64,000 bases of DNA from Candidatus Kuenenbacteria bacterium. GTDB taxonomy: Bacteria; Patescibacteriota; Patescibacteriia; UBA11705; JABHMO01. The position numbers and the translations under genes were made by a program. Below are positions 47,049 through 57,522 of this stretch, one piece after another. The DNA lies in the NCBI GenBank assembly GCA_013202715.1, contig JABMRF010000023.1:2327-66326 (forward strand), in the 5' to 3' direction. Positions within the stretch are counted from its first letter, which is position 1, and each line of letters begins with the position of its first letter. The notes under the pieces were generated by a model. That model saw nothing but the letters and a program-made list of their open reading frames with translations. It searched no databases and was not told where the DNA came from.

Positions 47049-47480
47049 TTACCTTTTAACCTCTTTTGTTTTATCAATTACAAGTACATGTGGCTGAATA
47101 TAATGGTATTCCACTACTTCATAAACCTTGTACCTGACCTTCCCCTTTTTTTTATCCAACTCCGTTGACTCATACTCCAAGATGTATTTCGGAAGATAAG
47201 CTAACTCTTCATACTCGAACAGCTTAACCATTACCGAAATTGGGCTCAGCTTACCAAACGGAGCTGAACATTCAACTTCGACTTTTGCTTCCTTGCCAAA
47301 TTCTTTTTTAGCAAATTTCCAGGCTTTCTCTCTGGCTTTCTCCATAAGACCACTGAGTCGCTGAATCATCTTTGTATCAGAATCACACGGAAACCCCGTC
47401 GGGCAAATCATCAACGCCTTTGCCTCTGCCGCAAAACCCATCACCAAAACCATCGCCAAAATTCCAATCAGCTTTTTCAT
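47049..47480 (-). CDS. Secreted hypothetical protein
   Basis: Sec signal MKKLIGILAMVLVMGFAAEAKA; SD; promoter 47529-47557. Confidence 0.75.
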   Translation of the reverse strand: MKKLIGILAMVLVMGFAAEAKALMICPTGFPCDSDTKMIQRLSGLMEKAREKAWKFAKKEFGKEAKVEVECSAPFGKLSPISVMVKLFEYEELAYLPKYILEYESTELDKKKGKVRYKVYEVVEYHYIQPHVLVIDKTKEVKR

Positions 47481-47637
47481 TTTTCATCCTCCTCTAAAAT
47501 TAGAACCTTAAAAAACTGACCCTTTCACACTTTAACTTATATTCTTTAAGATGTCAATCTATTTTCACAACCAAAAGAACGCCACTTCCGCAACGTCCTT
47601 CATATCTTTTTCCGCGTCAATCCGCGTTAGATCCGCG

Positions 47638-48780
47638 TTAATCCGCGGTATTAACGATTACAATATTAATATGATCTTTCAGCTTTGGAACTTTTTTCAC
47701 CCAGAATGGTGATAGTTCAACTGAAACTGATTCAATTTCACTATAATTTGCCAAATACAGTTCAACTCCCTTTGGACTAAGGCCAACCATTTTATCTTTT
47801 TGGAAAATCTGACTATCTGCTTTAATAACCGCTTCACCTGCTACATGAACTTTAACATTGGCCGTTTTTTTCTCATTATCAAAATTCTGAACTTTGTATG
47901 AAAACTTATCCATACTTAAGTTGAGCAATTCCTGTCCCTGTGGAACGACCTGCTGTAGTCTGTCTCCAGCCATCTCAACTACTTTATTCGGATCAAGACC
48001 GATCATGACCAGTTGGAGCTTTGAGCTGACTTCAAATGTATCCTGCTGTGCGCCAACTTCAGCGTCAACCGTTTCTTCAACTACAGTTTTTGAGACAACC
48101 AGGGTTACATAATCCATACTTGGAAGCTGTTTCTTGAACTCTTCAATTCCTTTGTTATATAAAACCTCTGTTAAATCAGTTTTTGCTTTTTTAATATCAG
48201 CATCCTGAATAATTTTCACAGAATCGCCAGTGCTTTTCAATACTCCCTTGCTTTCAGCAAAGACTTGTGACTGTAATCCTTCCCAAAGACCCGGAATTGT
48301 AAACTTGGTTGGCTGCAATTCGTCAAAAGAATTGGGGTCATCAGCATAAACGTCCGCCTCAAGTTGTCCATTTGCCGGAATGTTCACACTTTCCATTAAT
48401 CTTATCAAAATACCATCAGCAGTCAGCAGTCGCGTGGTTTTTACCAAACTCTGCGCATCTGCTCTTTGGTTAATTAAAGTCACTTTACCAATCGCGTTTC
48501 CTTCTAAAATCATCGTGCCGGTAGCTACGCCGTTTCCTGCTCCTTCGACTTCAGTTTCAAACAACACTCCCTGAAGAGCACTCCCCTCAACTGCGCCGTC
48601 ACTGACCACATCAGAAACAAAATCAGTTTCTACAGATGATCCAATTGGCTGAACCTTGATAACTGCCCGACTGGCTGAAAAATATAAAATTATACCGACC
48701 AGCAAAACCGTTACAATAACAAAACCTAAAACTATCTTTTTGTACCCCTCCGCTACTCTTGAGTGCTTCTTAATATACAT
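47638..48780 (-). CDS. CPR-type membrane-anchored baseplate-J-like domain protein
   Basis: N-terminal TM; GKVTLIN..Q.LVKTTRL; FTIPGL; SPFWVKKVP. Confidence 0.7.
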   Translation of the reverse strand: MYIKKHSRVAEGYKKIVLGFVIVTVLLVGIILYFSASRAVIKVQPIGSSVETDFVSDVVSDGAVEGSALQGVLFETEVEGAGNGVATGTMILEGNAIGKVTLINQRADAQSLVKTTRLLTADGILIRLMESVNIPANGQLEADVYADDPNSFDELQPTKFTIPGLWEGLQSQVFAESKGVLKSTGDSVKIIQDADIKKAKTDLTEVLYNKGIEEFKKQLPSMDYVTLVVSKTVVEETVDAEVGAQQDTFEVSSKLQLVMIGLDPNKVVEMAGDRLQQVVPQGQELLNLSMDKFSYKVQNFDNEKKTANVKVHVAGEAVIKADSQIFQKDKMVGLSPKGVELYLANYSEIESVSVELSPFWVKKVPKLKDHINIVIVNTAD

Positions 48781-48927
48781 AGAGAAAATAAGGCGAAACG
48801 AGGCGGAACAGGATAACAGGACTCAAAAGACTTTTGCCTTGTAAACCCGTTCCCTTGTATAGCCATGTATAGCCTTGTTTTATTATATTTCCATTTTAAC
48901 AGAATTCCGGGGAAATGCAACAACTCA

Positions 48928-48998
48928 AGTCAAAAGTCTTGAGTCAATAGTCTAGAGTCGTCTCACAACTCTTGACTTTTGACTTTTGACTCTAGACT
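48928..48998. repeat. Heptamer-periodic inverted repeat supplying the dnaE stop codon
   Basis: agtcaaa-agtcttg-agtcaat-agtctag-agtc ... gactctagact; the TAG at 48992-48994 lies inside. Confidence 0.8.
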
Positions 48999-51900
48999 GC
49001 CTTCACCGCTCCGAGTCCCAACAGTTCCTCAATCTTTGCTTTGCTTTCACCGTTAATATCGATCTGAAAATTTGTTTTTACAAGTTTATCTTCAATTTTC
49101 AAAATGACCTGGTACCGACCTGGGATACCCATGAAAAGCATTTTGACTCTATTGGCAAATTCATGAGTTGCGCCGGAAGGATAATTTATTATTGCTCGCG
49201 GAAGATTTGCTCGCCTTCCACCTGAACCGAAACGCGGTCGAGGTGCTGCCGGAGCCGAACCTGTAAGTTCGTGAATAACTGCATCTAAATTTTCATCTTC
49301 GATCGTCCAAACATTATTTGCTAATATTTTTATTTCTTCATCCTTGTCAGAAATAGTTCCTTCAATAATCATTATTTTCCCTTCTTTCCAAACACCTTCA
49401 TATTGTTTGTACAATCTAGGAAAAATCAAAACTTCCACAGCCTTCAGAGAGTCTGCCAAAGTAAGGAACACCATCGGATCACCTTTTTTCGTTGTAATTT
49501 TCTTGAGAGTTGAAACCACGCCACCAATTCGGACAACTTCCCCACCCTTGTCAGTACTCAAATCAGACAAAGGAACTATTATACCGGACAACTGATTTTG
49601 ATAATTTTTAAATGGATGCTCTGAGACATAGAGGCCCAAAAATTCTTTTTCCCAGGCCAAAATCTGTTTTTGGCCAATATCTTTTGCATCGCGCAAGAGA
49701 AGTCGAGGCATACTGCCTTCGGAATCTCCATTTAGACTAAAAATATTTATTTGTTTCGTGGCTTTGCTTGCCTCGATTTCTTTGACAAACAAAATCATTT
49801 TATCAACATTTTCCAAAAGTTTGCTCCGCCTGCCAAAAATATCCATCGCCCCACTTTTGATCAAGCCCTCCAAAGACTTTTTATTCAAAGCTCTATTTCC
49901 AATCCTACTCAAAAAACCTTCTATCTTTTCGTACGGACCGTTTTCTTTTCGTTCATGAATAATTTCTTTGGCCACATTTTCTCCTACATTTCGAATTGCG
50001 TTCAGACCAAACCTGATCCTTGGCTTTTCTTCTGCCAGAGACTCCGCCACTACAGTGAAGGTTGAAAAACTTTCATTAACACTTGGCGGCATGATCTCAA
50101 TTCCCATTTGCTGACATTCGTCAATTTCAATTGCGACTCGGTCAAAATTTCCCTGATCTGAAGTTAGAAGAGAAGCCATGAATTCAGTCGGATAATTTGC
50201 CTTCAAATATGCGGTTTGATAAGCAATCAGCGCATAACACGCGGCATGTGATTTATTAAAACCATATTCAGCAAATTTTTCCATGGCCAAAAAGGTTTGC
50301 TGGGCAATTTCTTTGCTAATACTATTTTTCTGACATCCATCAATAAAAACCACCTTCATTTTTTCCATCAACTCTGCGATTTTTTTACCCATCGCTTTGC
50401 GCAGAGTGTCAGCCTGCCCGCCTGTAAATCCGGCCATATCTTTGGAAAGTTGCATCACCTGTTCCTGATATACAATTACGCCATGAGTATTTTTGAGTGC
50501 GCTCTCCATGAGTGGATGAAAATATGAAATGCTTTTTAAACCATGTTTTCTGGAAATAAACTCGTCAACCATACCTGAATTTAGAGGTCCCGGTCGATAC
50601 AGAGAAACCATAGCAATCAGATCTTCAAATTCAGTTGGCTTCAATTGACGAAGATATTTTTTCATTCCACTGGATTCAAACTGAAAAACGCCAGTAGTGT
50701 AACCGTCCCGAAATAATTTGTACGCTTTCGGATCATCTATCAGCAAATCATCAATATTTATTTTTTTACCATGTATTTTTTCAATAATGTCACACGCCCT
50801 CTCAATAATTGTTAGATTTTTCAAACCCAAAAAATCCATTTTTAACAACCCCAAGTCTTCCACGGGATGAAGTGAGTATTGAGTAATGATCGCTTCTTCC
50901 TGATCACGCGCATACTGAACTGGGCAATAATTTGTAATTTCTTCACGTGTAATAACCACGCCACAGGCGTGGGTAGACGAATGACGAGCAACGCCCTCCA
51001 ATTTTCTAGCAAAATCCAAAAGTCGTTTGGCATCATCACTACTTTCGTAAAGTTGTTTGACTTCCACGACCTTGGTTATAGCTTCGCTCAGCTTTGTGCC
51101 CATTGGAATTAATTTTGAGATCTTGTCACAAAAAGTATAAGGCATATCCAGAACACGCCCTACATCGCGGACTGCAGCACGCGCAGCCATTGTTCCGAAA
51201 GTTATAATCTGCGCCACATGATTTTTGCCATATTTTTCTTCTACATATTGCAAAACTTCCTCTCTCCTCTCGTCAGCAAAATCAATATCAATATCAGGCA
51301 TAGAAATTCGATCCGGATTCAAAAACCGCTCAAACAATAATTCATATTTCAGCGGTTCTAAGTTTGTCACGCCCAAAAGATAAGAAATAATACTACCGGC
51401 AGCTGATCCACGGCCCGGTCCTACGACGATGCCCTTGCTTTTTGCCCATCTAATAAAGTCGTAAACAATTAAAAAGTATGATGAATAGCCGGTGCGCTGA
51501 ATAACACTAAGTTCAAACTCAGCCCGGTCAATTACTTTTTTTTCAAATTCACCTAACTGCTCTTTTTTGTAATCAAAATCATACCTTCGGGAAATGTTGC
51601 TATAACAAAGATCCCGCAAGTATTCAAAATCCGTTTTTCCTTTCGGAACTTCAAAATGAGGTAGTTGAATTTCACCAAGCGGAATTTCCAAACTGCATTT
51701 TGCCGCAACTTTATTTGTGTTTTCTAAAACCTCTAGATTGCCACGAAAGTTATCTGCCATCTGCTGGTAAGTATACAGGGAAAAATCCTCACCAAGGTAA
51801 CTCATTCGATCTTTATCGGTGATAACTTTTTTTGTTTGCAGACAGATAAGAATATCGTGCGCTTCTGCATCTTCTGAATTTAGATAATGAGTGTCGTTTG

Positions 51901-52507
51901 TGGCCACTATCGGGATATCAAGCTTTTTTCCAAGTTCAAATATCTTATTATTAACAATTTTTTGCTCCGGAATGTTTGGGTGATGCTGAACTTCCAGAAA
52001 AAAATTATCTTTTCCAAAAACATTCAGATATTTCTTTATTACCAGTTCAATTTTTTCATCTTCAAGTCCGTTTTTTATTGCTGATGGAATCTCCCCTGCC
52101 AGACAAGCTGATAAAGCAATGATACCGGTACTATATTTTCGTAAAAGCTCCCAGTCAATTCTTGGCTTGTAATAAAATCCTTCCAAATGAGCAAAAGAAG
52201 TCAATTTAATCAGATTTTTATACCCTTCATAATCTTTTGCCAATAAAATCAAATGATGACGCTTTTCATCACCGGCATCTTTTTTCTTGCGGTCATTAAC
52301 AATATACGATTCAACACCGACAATTGGTTTAATTCCTGCGGCTTTGCATTTTTGATAAAACTCAATCGCGCCGTACATCACACCATGATCAGTTAGTGCC
52401 AGAGCTGTCATGCCTTCTTCTTTTGCTTTATTAACAAGGTCGTCGATCTTGATCAGACCGTCGAGCAAAGAATAGTGGCTATGGACATGGAGAGGAGTAT
52501 ATTTCAT
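48992..52507 (-). CDS. dnaE: DNA polymerase III alpha subunit
   Basis: LHVHSHYSLLDG PHP domain, GRGSAAGS, PDIDIDF, KMDFLGL, YGFNKSH. Confidence 0.98.
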   Translation of the reverse strand: MKYTPLHVHSHYSLLDGLIKIDDLVNKAKEEGMTALALTDHGVMYGAIEFYQKCKAAGIKPIVGVESYIVNDRKKKDAGDEKRHHLILLAKDYEGYKNLIKLTSFAHLEGFYYKPRIDWELLRKYSTGIIALSACLAGEIPSAIKNGLEDEKIELVIKKYLNVFGKDNFFLEVQHHPNIPEQKIVNNKIFELGKKLDIPIVATNDTHYLNSEDAEAHDILICLQTKKVITDKDRMSYLGEDFSLYTYQQMADNFRGNLEVLENTNKVAAKCSLEIPLGEIQLPHFEVPKGKTDFEYLRDLCYSNISRRYDFDYKKEQLGEFEKKVIDRAEFELSVIQRTGYSSYFLIVYDFIRWAKSKGIVVGPGRGSAAGSIISYLLGVTNLEPLKYELLFERFLNPDRISMPDIDIDFADERREEVLQYVEEKYGKNHVAQIITFGTMAARAAVRDVGRVLDMPYTFCDKISKLIPMGTKLSEAITKVVEVKQLYESSDDAKRLLDFARKLEGVARHSSTHACGVVITREEITNYCPVQYARDQEEAIITQYSLHPVEDLGLLKMDFLGLKNLTIIERACDIIEKIHGKKINIDDLLIDDPKAYKLFRDGYTTGVFQFESSGMKKYLRQLKPTEFEDLIAMVSLYRPGPLNSGMVDEFISRKHGLKSISYFHPLMESALKNTHGVIVYQEQVMQLSKDMAGFTGGQADTLRKAMGKKIAELMEKMKVVFIDGCQKNSISKEIAQQTFLAMEKFAEYGFNKSHAACYALIAYQTAYLKANYPTEFMASLLTSDQGNFDRVAIEIDECQQMGIEIMPPSVNESFSTFTVVAESLAEEKPRIRFGLNAIRNVGENVAKEIIHERKENGPYEKIEGFLSRIGNRALNKKSLEGLIKSGAMDIFGRRSKLLENVDKMILFVKEIEASKATKQINIFSLNGDSEGSMPRLLLRDAKDIGQKQILAWEKEFLGLYVSEHPFKNYQNQLSGIIVPLSDLSTDKGGEVVRIGGVVSTLKKITTKKGDPMVFLTLADSLKAVEVLIFPRLYKQYEGVWKEGKIMIIEGTISDKDEEIKILANNVWTIEDENLDAVIHELTGSAPAAPRPRFGSGGRRANLPRAIINYPSGATHEFANRVKMLFMGIPGRYQVILKIEDKLVKTNFQIDINGESKAKIEELLGLGAVKAV

Positions 52508-52592
52508 AATATAATTCAGATAGTTATCAAGGTCATTTTAGCACAGAATTTGCGTTCTCCAAAATCGGGAGTTATCCACCTTCATTAATCCA

Positions 52593-52700
52593 AAAGGGGG
52601 CTCCATAGTCCTGTTCGGAGCGAAGCGGAGAATTACTTTAAAGGGGGCTCCATAGTCCTGTTCGGAGTGAAACGGAGAACAGGCTGTGGAGCCCCCTTTT
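52593..52700. repeat. Tandemly duplicated ~40-bp arm plus long hairpin upstream of dnaE
   Basis: aaagggggctccatagtcctgttcggag twice; second copy pairs with gaacaggctgtggagccccctttt. Confidence 0.8.
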
Positions 52701-52775
52701 TGAAAACTTTGTGTGGCTTTTTGAGTTTCATGCAAACAAAAAATCGCCCGAATTTTCGAGCGACCAATTTCAAAT

Positions 52776-53189
52776 TTACTGTTTTTCAACCGTTAAAATC
52801 AATCCGGCTGTGAAGGTACGTTCATTAACGTTCACATCAATTTTGGCGAATGAGATCACTTTATAATGTTTCCCAACTTCGATCAATGCTTTGGCCAAGA
52901 TTTCACGACAGTCCTTTCCCCAATAAAGAGAATCATAACCCGGCCATACATAAAAATCATTGTATCCGCATTTGATTATGTTCGCATTGACAAAGGCCAA
53001 GCCGTCATGATATTCAACTGTATACTGCGGCATGCTCTTCTGCCGATCAAGTCGCTCTTGCTTTTCCTGCTCTACCATTTCCTTCTGCTGTTGCTTCTCT
53101 TCTCGCTGAGCGATTTCATCTTCTGTTAAGTCTCGACAACCGCTGAGAGTAAAACAAATCATCAACGCAAGATATAGCCATTTTTTCAT
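52776..53189 (-). CDS. Putative lipoprotein
   Basis: GAGGTG SD; MKKWLYLALMICFTLSG|C lipobox. Confidence 0.75.
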   Translation of the reverse strand: MKKWLYLALMICFTLSGCRDLTEDEIAQREEKQQQKEMVEQEKQERLDRQKSMPQYTVEYHDGLAFVNANIIKCGYNDFYVWPGYDSLYWGKDCREILAKALIEVGKHYKVISFAKIDVNVNERTFTAGLILTVEKQ

Positions 53190-53199
53190 TTTAACACCT

Positions 53200-53421
53200 C
53201 TATTCGTCCGCTGCGATAACATCTTGTGTTGTCACAGAGTCTGTTGTTGATTGAACTTGCTCAATTGATTGAGCATCTGTGTCTTTCAACGTAACTTCAA
53301 TATGATAGGCAACGGCAAACACTGTCATTATGATTGCTACAAAAATGAGAACTAACATTGTAAGAACAAAACCAAAGTTCTCAAAAATTTTCTTTAAATC
53401 AAATTTTTTCCTTTCCGGCAT
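53200..53421 (-). CDS. Small single-TM hypothetical protein
   Basis: SD; promoter TTGACA-N17-TAAATT at 53471-53499. Confidence 0.65.
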   Translation of the reverse strand: MPERKKFDLKKIFENFGFVLTMLVLIFVAIIMTVFAVAYHIEVTLKDTDAQSIEQVQSTTDSVTTQDVIAADE

Positions 53422-53592
53422 CTTTTTCTCCTCTCATTAGCTAAAATTCAAAGATCAACCTCAATAGATCAATTTAGCAGACAATACATATTTTGTCAAC
53501 CTGTATACGAATTTTTGTCTTAAATTTACAAAAAAAAAACAGACATATATGTCTATTTTTTTAACTTTCGACTTTTGACTCTAGACTCTAGA

Positions 53593-55566
53593 CTATTCCA
53601 GCCAAACCGTAAATACCTGATCTTTGGTTAAAACCTCAACGTGCTTCAAGTTATTCTTGTTGATATGCAAACCCTTATCTTTGGAAAGTATTCTCTGCTG
53701 AAAATTAAGGTCCAGCTGGAGATTCATTTTCATAATCCCGGGCTGTTTTTGGACAAGCAGAGAATATTCTTTTTCACTCAAAACTGAATTCGGCAGTTTA
53801 TATTTCCAGCTTATAACTTTTGAGCTTTGCGGTTCCACTTCGAAAAATAGTCCGTAAGCAGCTTTGTTAAACTGGTGCTCTTCTGTAATATCTTCTACCA
53901 GATTTAATTCCTTACTGCCGGCCTTGACTGAAATCAGCTCACTTCCTTCCGGTACATACAAACGAGTGAAACTTCGGTAACGAGTTGTTTTCCAGCTGAA
54001 CGTTCCCAGATTTTGATAATTAACATTTGTGGTGGCGATCAATTCACCCATTTCATTTTGCTCGATCTGATGGAGCATGGTTCGATCCATCACTGAGTCA
54101 GTTTTCAGAGCTGCCAAGTTCGCATCCACAAGCATTACATAGTCACCTACAAAAGATTGATTCACTTCACCGGCCCAGCCATTTTCAAGAGCCATAGCTT
54201 GCAGTTTGGGTTCATTAAAGTAGAGCATCATCTGCTTTTCTGTAACTTGCTCAGAAATTATATCAATCAATTCTGGCCACTGATCCATTGGTAATGTAAA
54301 TAAACGAGTAATGATCTGCTGGCCAAGGTCGCCGATAATATCTTTTCTCTCATCGGTCGGAATTCCTTGTTTATAATATCCATATTCCACTTGATATTGA
54401 AGTTGCTCCCAGAAATTTTCTTTGTTAAATGTTAATTCCGCAACTTTGAAATCACCAAGAACGCCGAGCATCTCCTCAATCACCGTTGGTGTAATAGCAA
54501 TCACACCATCAAGCTCTTCCGGCCCGCCCTGTTTCTTATAAAACCACTCAACTTTTTCCGCTGAATATGGAAAATCCGGCCACCAGTTTGAATCACGAAA
54601 ATACCAGTGCGGTTGGTTCATAAATTCTTTCATTGGTTCCGGTGATGGGATTCGAATCTTGTCATGAATTGGTTTGTCAAAATTGTAACTGTTGTCGGTA
54701 AAAAAATTCTTTATCTCTGCATTTTCAATATTTAAAATCCCGTATGTGCCAATAAATCCACCGGCCGGTCTCATCTCACGATTGTTTTCCAAAATGAATA
54801 GGTAAGTTTTTTCTTCTGGATAGCCTGAGAAGGCAGGTAAAAGTTTTGCCACGGTAACTAAGTTGCCAAAAGCTTTTTCAGTTTTTGGAATCTTCTGCTG
54901 AAGTGGATTGATCACCTGATCAAAAATAAACAAAGGCTGATGTCTGTTAATTTCCTTTAATTTATTTGAGGCAACTTCAAAGTCTTTTTGCACGCTTTGC
55001 AGTTCATCCACTGAATTTGTTAGAATTTTTAATATTTGAGCCTTTTTTTCAGGAGTAATGTCCAGCCAGACCAGAGTTTTACTTTGCAGGGTATCATTAA
55101 TTTCCTCACCTATATCAGTTAAGTTTTTTAATGAGCCAGCTAAAAGTTCTCCAATGGAAAATATTTCCTGCGCTACTATCAACTGATCTTTTGCCAATTC
55201 GTTTTTGAACACTGCAGCTTTGCTCGCCATATCAAGCCCAAGATTTGCATCCGCAAAATTATCCTTGGCCAGCTGAAGCTCCTCTGCCGCCAAATCAAAT
55301 TTTTGCTCGCCAATGAACTTTTCCGCAGCCATCAGATGATTCTGACCTTCCATTCCATGTGCGTAAACCGTTTTCAGAGACGCATAATACGGCGCCAAAG
55401 AGATTCCAGCTGCAGCACCCACCACTATTGCCAAAACTAAACAAAGCACAATCAAGTATGGCAAAAGTTTCAGCGGGATCAACAAAATCTGGCCCACAGT
55501 TACTGCGTGCTTTTTGTAATCCTTTTTTTCCTGCTGAATGAAGTTTTGTTTTTCACCATCGATCAT
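53593..55566 (-). CDS. DUF4012-domain membrane-anchored protein
   Basis: YLFILENNREMRPAGGFIG, FRDSNWWPDFP, DGVIAI, VQKQPG. Confidence 0.9.
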   Translation of the reverse strand: MIDGEKQNFIQQEKKDYKKHAVTVGQILLIPLKLLPYLIVLCLVLAIVVGAAAGISLAPYYASLKTVYAHGMEGQNHLMAAEKFIGEQKFDLAAEELQLAKDNFADANLGLDMASKAAVFKNELAKDQLIVAQEIFSIGELLAGSLKNLTDIGEEINDTLQSKTLVWLDITPEKKAQILKILTNSVDELQSVQKDFEVASNKLKEINRHQPLFIFDQVINPLQQKIPKTEKAFGNLVTVAKLLPAFSGYPEEKTYLFILENNREMRPAGGFIGTYGILNIENAEIKNFFTDNSYNFDKPIHDKIRIPSPEPMKEFMNQPHWYFRDSNWWPDFPYSAEKVEWFYKKQGGPEELDGVIAITPTVIEEMLGVLGDFKVAELTFNKENFWEQLQYQVEYGYYKQGIPTDERKDIIGDLGQQIITRLFTLPMDQWPELIDIISEQVTEKQMMLYFNEPKLQAMALENGWAGEVNQSFVGDYVMLVDANLAALKTDSVMDRTMLHQIEQNEMGELIATTNVNYQNLGTFSWKTTRYRSFTRLYVPEGSELISVKAGSKELNLVEDITEEHQFNKAAYGLFFEVEPQSSKVISWKYKLPNSVLSEKEYSLLVQKQPGIMKMNLQLDLNFQQRILSKDKGLHINKNNLKHVEVLTKDQVFTVWLE

Positions 55567-55688
55567 ACTTTTAACTTTTACCTTTCAACTTTTAACTTCT
55601 TCCATTATAGCAACATTTCTAACAAAAAAACAGGATTCTCCCCTGTTTTTATATTTTTGTATTTAATTGTGGTTTTTCACTTTGCATT

Positions 55689-56483
55689 TTACATTTTAAT
55701 ACCTTTCCACTTGAGCATATACTTCATCCAGCTGGAAATATGAATCCTGGTCAACTTATTAAACAAAGCGTTAACACCACCGCTATCCGCTGACTGTCTG
55801 CGATGCAAATGAATCACTTCCGCATCAGACAAATAAACATTTTTGTATCCGGCCTTTCTAATTCGACGACACAAATCTGTATCTTCGAAATACATAAAAA
55901 AACGGTCATCAAAAACACCGACTTCATCAATAACTTTTTTCGGAACTAACAAACATGAACCCTGGATCCAGTCAACCTGCCGAGTCGTGGCATGATCCCA
56001 GTCTTGCATTAAAAATCGACTTAATTCTTTTTTAGCCCAGAATAATTTGCCAAGAAAAGTTCTTCTGTAAATCGGGGTCAAAAAATTGTGCCAGCGGTAA
56101 CAAGTGTACTGCAGGCTTTTGTCAGGATTTAGTAATCGCGGAGCAACAAGCCCGACATCAGGCTTTTCATTGATATAGTTATAAAGTTTTTGCAGTGAAT
56201 CCTTTACCACAAAAATATCAGGATTCAAAATCAGAACGTGTTTTCCTTGAGCCTCTTTAATTCCGGCGTTATTTCCTGCGCCCATTCCAAGATTTGCACC
56301 GGTCTGAATAAATCTAACTTGCGGATATTTTTCAGACAACATTTTTTCAATTTCATCATTTGAATTGTTATCAACCACAATTACTTCATAAGGAACATCA
56401 AATTCAGATTCCAAAATGGACTTGATGCAATTCTTCACCAAGCCTCTCATTTTATAATTTAGAATGATAATCGATAGTTCCAT
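55689..56483 (-). CDS. GT2 glycosyltransferase (rhamnosyltransferase-like)
   Basis: VVDNNS, LNPD, FDDRFFMYFEDTDLC. Confidence 0.92.
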   Translation of the reverse strand: MELSIIILNYKMRGLVKNCIKSILESEFDVPYEVIVVDNNSNDEIEKMLSEKYPQVRFIQTGANLGMGAGNNAGIKEAQGKHVLILNPDIFVVKDSLQKLYNYINEKPDVGLVAPRLLNPDKSLQYTCYRWHNFLTPIYRRTFLGKLFWAKKELSRFLMQDWDHATTRQVDWIQGSCLLVPKKVIDEVGVFDDRFFMYFEDTDLCRRIRKAGYKNVYLSDAEVIHLHRRQSADSGGVNALFNKLTRIHISSWMKYMLKWKGIKM

Positions 56484-56522
56484 GATTTAGTGATTAGAGA
56501 ATAGTGAATAGAGATTAGGAAA

Positions 56523-57500
56523 TCACCCAAGCCATTTTTCTAATACATCCCCTTTTGCTTTCGCATTACGCCAAATCACCTGACGCTTCAGCTTTAACTG
56601 TTTTCTATTTCTTAGCACATCTCCCAAAGCTCGCAGAGTACCGAATTCGAAAACCAAAATATAGAAAAACTTTGTAAGTTCGTAAAAAAATACCCGCCAA
56701 CTGAATTTCGGAAGACATTTAATTAAAAAATATAAATGATTTCGATATGAATAAAAATTAGCAAACTTAGATTTTTTTCGCCGGTTTTTGGCAACCTGAA
56801 TTTTTGTTAATTTATCAACTGTAGTAGTAACGGTCCGGTCATGATAAGCAATAGCTGCTGGGACTTTCCAGGCTCTCCAACCACCAATTTGCAATCGAAA
56901 AGCCAAATCAACATCTTCCTTGTAACTAAAAAATGATTCGTCAAAAAACTCTTTTTGGTAGATAATTTCTTCCAACGCCTTGCGTCTATAAAATGGAATA
57001 GCGCCCGACACACCAAAAATTTCCTCAGCAAGATTATGCTGGCCTTCGTCAACTTCCCCACTGCCGAGATCAACCACTCTGAAATTTTTAAAACTCTTCA
57101 AGCCCAATGAATCAATATAATTAGTTTGCTGACCGTCCTGCAACCGTAAAATCTTTCCGGTCGCAGAGCCAGCCATTGGATTTTTGTCCATAAACTCAAC
57201 CATTTTTTCCAAAAAATCTTTTGCCAAAACAACATCCTGATTCAGGCAAACAACATAGTCTGATCTTGTCCAGTGAATCGCCTGGTTATGCACCTTGGCA
57301 AAACCAAGGTTTTCTTTGTGCTTGATTACCTTCAAATGCGGGAATCTCTCATTGATCAGCTCCAAAGTCTTGTCATGAGACCCATTATCAAGAATAATAA
57401 TTGAATAGTCTGTAAATGTCTGAGCCAAAACGCTGCGCAGACAATTTTCAATGTAGCGTTCACCGTTCCAGGTAACTAGATTTATAGAGACTTTAGGCAT
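56523..57500 (-). CDS. GT2 glycosyltransferase
   Basis: LDNGSHD, LNQD, FFSYKEDVDL. Confidence 0.92.
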   Translation of the reverse strand: MPKVSINLVTWNGERYIENCLRSVLAQTFTDYSIIILDNGSHDKTLELINERFPHLKVIKHKENLGFAKVHNQAIHWTRSDYVVCLNQDVVLAKDFLEKMVEFMDKNPMAGSATGKILRLQDGQQTNYIDSLGLKSFKNFRVVDLGSGEVDEGQHNLAEEIFGVSGAIPFYRRKALEEIIYQKEFFDESFFSYKEDVDLAFRLQIGGWRAWKVPAAIAYHDRTVTTTVDKLTKIQVAKNRRKKSKFANFYSYRNHLYFLIKCLPKFSWRVFFYELTKFFYILVFEFGTLRALGDVLRNRKQLKLKRQVIWRNAKAKGDVLEKWLG

Positions 57501-57522
57501 AGATTTTGTAGATTGCCAAGTT

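Noticed and set aside
47638-48780. Phage baseplate gene indicating a prophage
   Set aside because: Membrane-anchored, solitary, next to dnaE; fits a chromosomal CPR family rather than a tail operon.
48992-52507. Intein or split in DnaE
   Set aside because: Length (1171 aa) and motif order are ordinary; no intein motifs seen.
52538-52789. 83-aa ORF upstream of dnaE
   Set aside because: Translation of the duplicated hairpin repeat; no recognisable domain.
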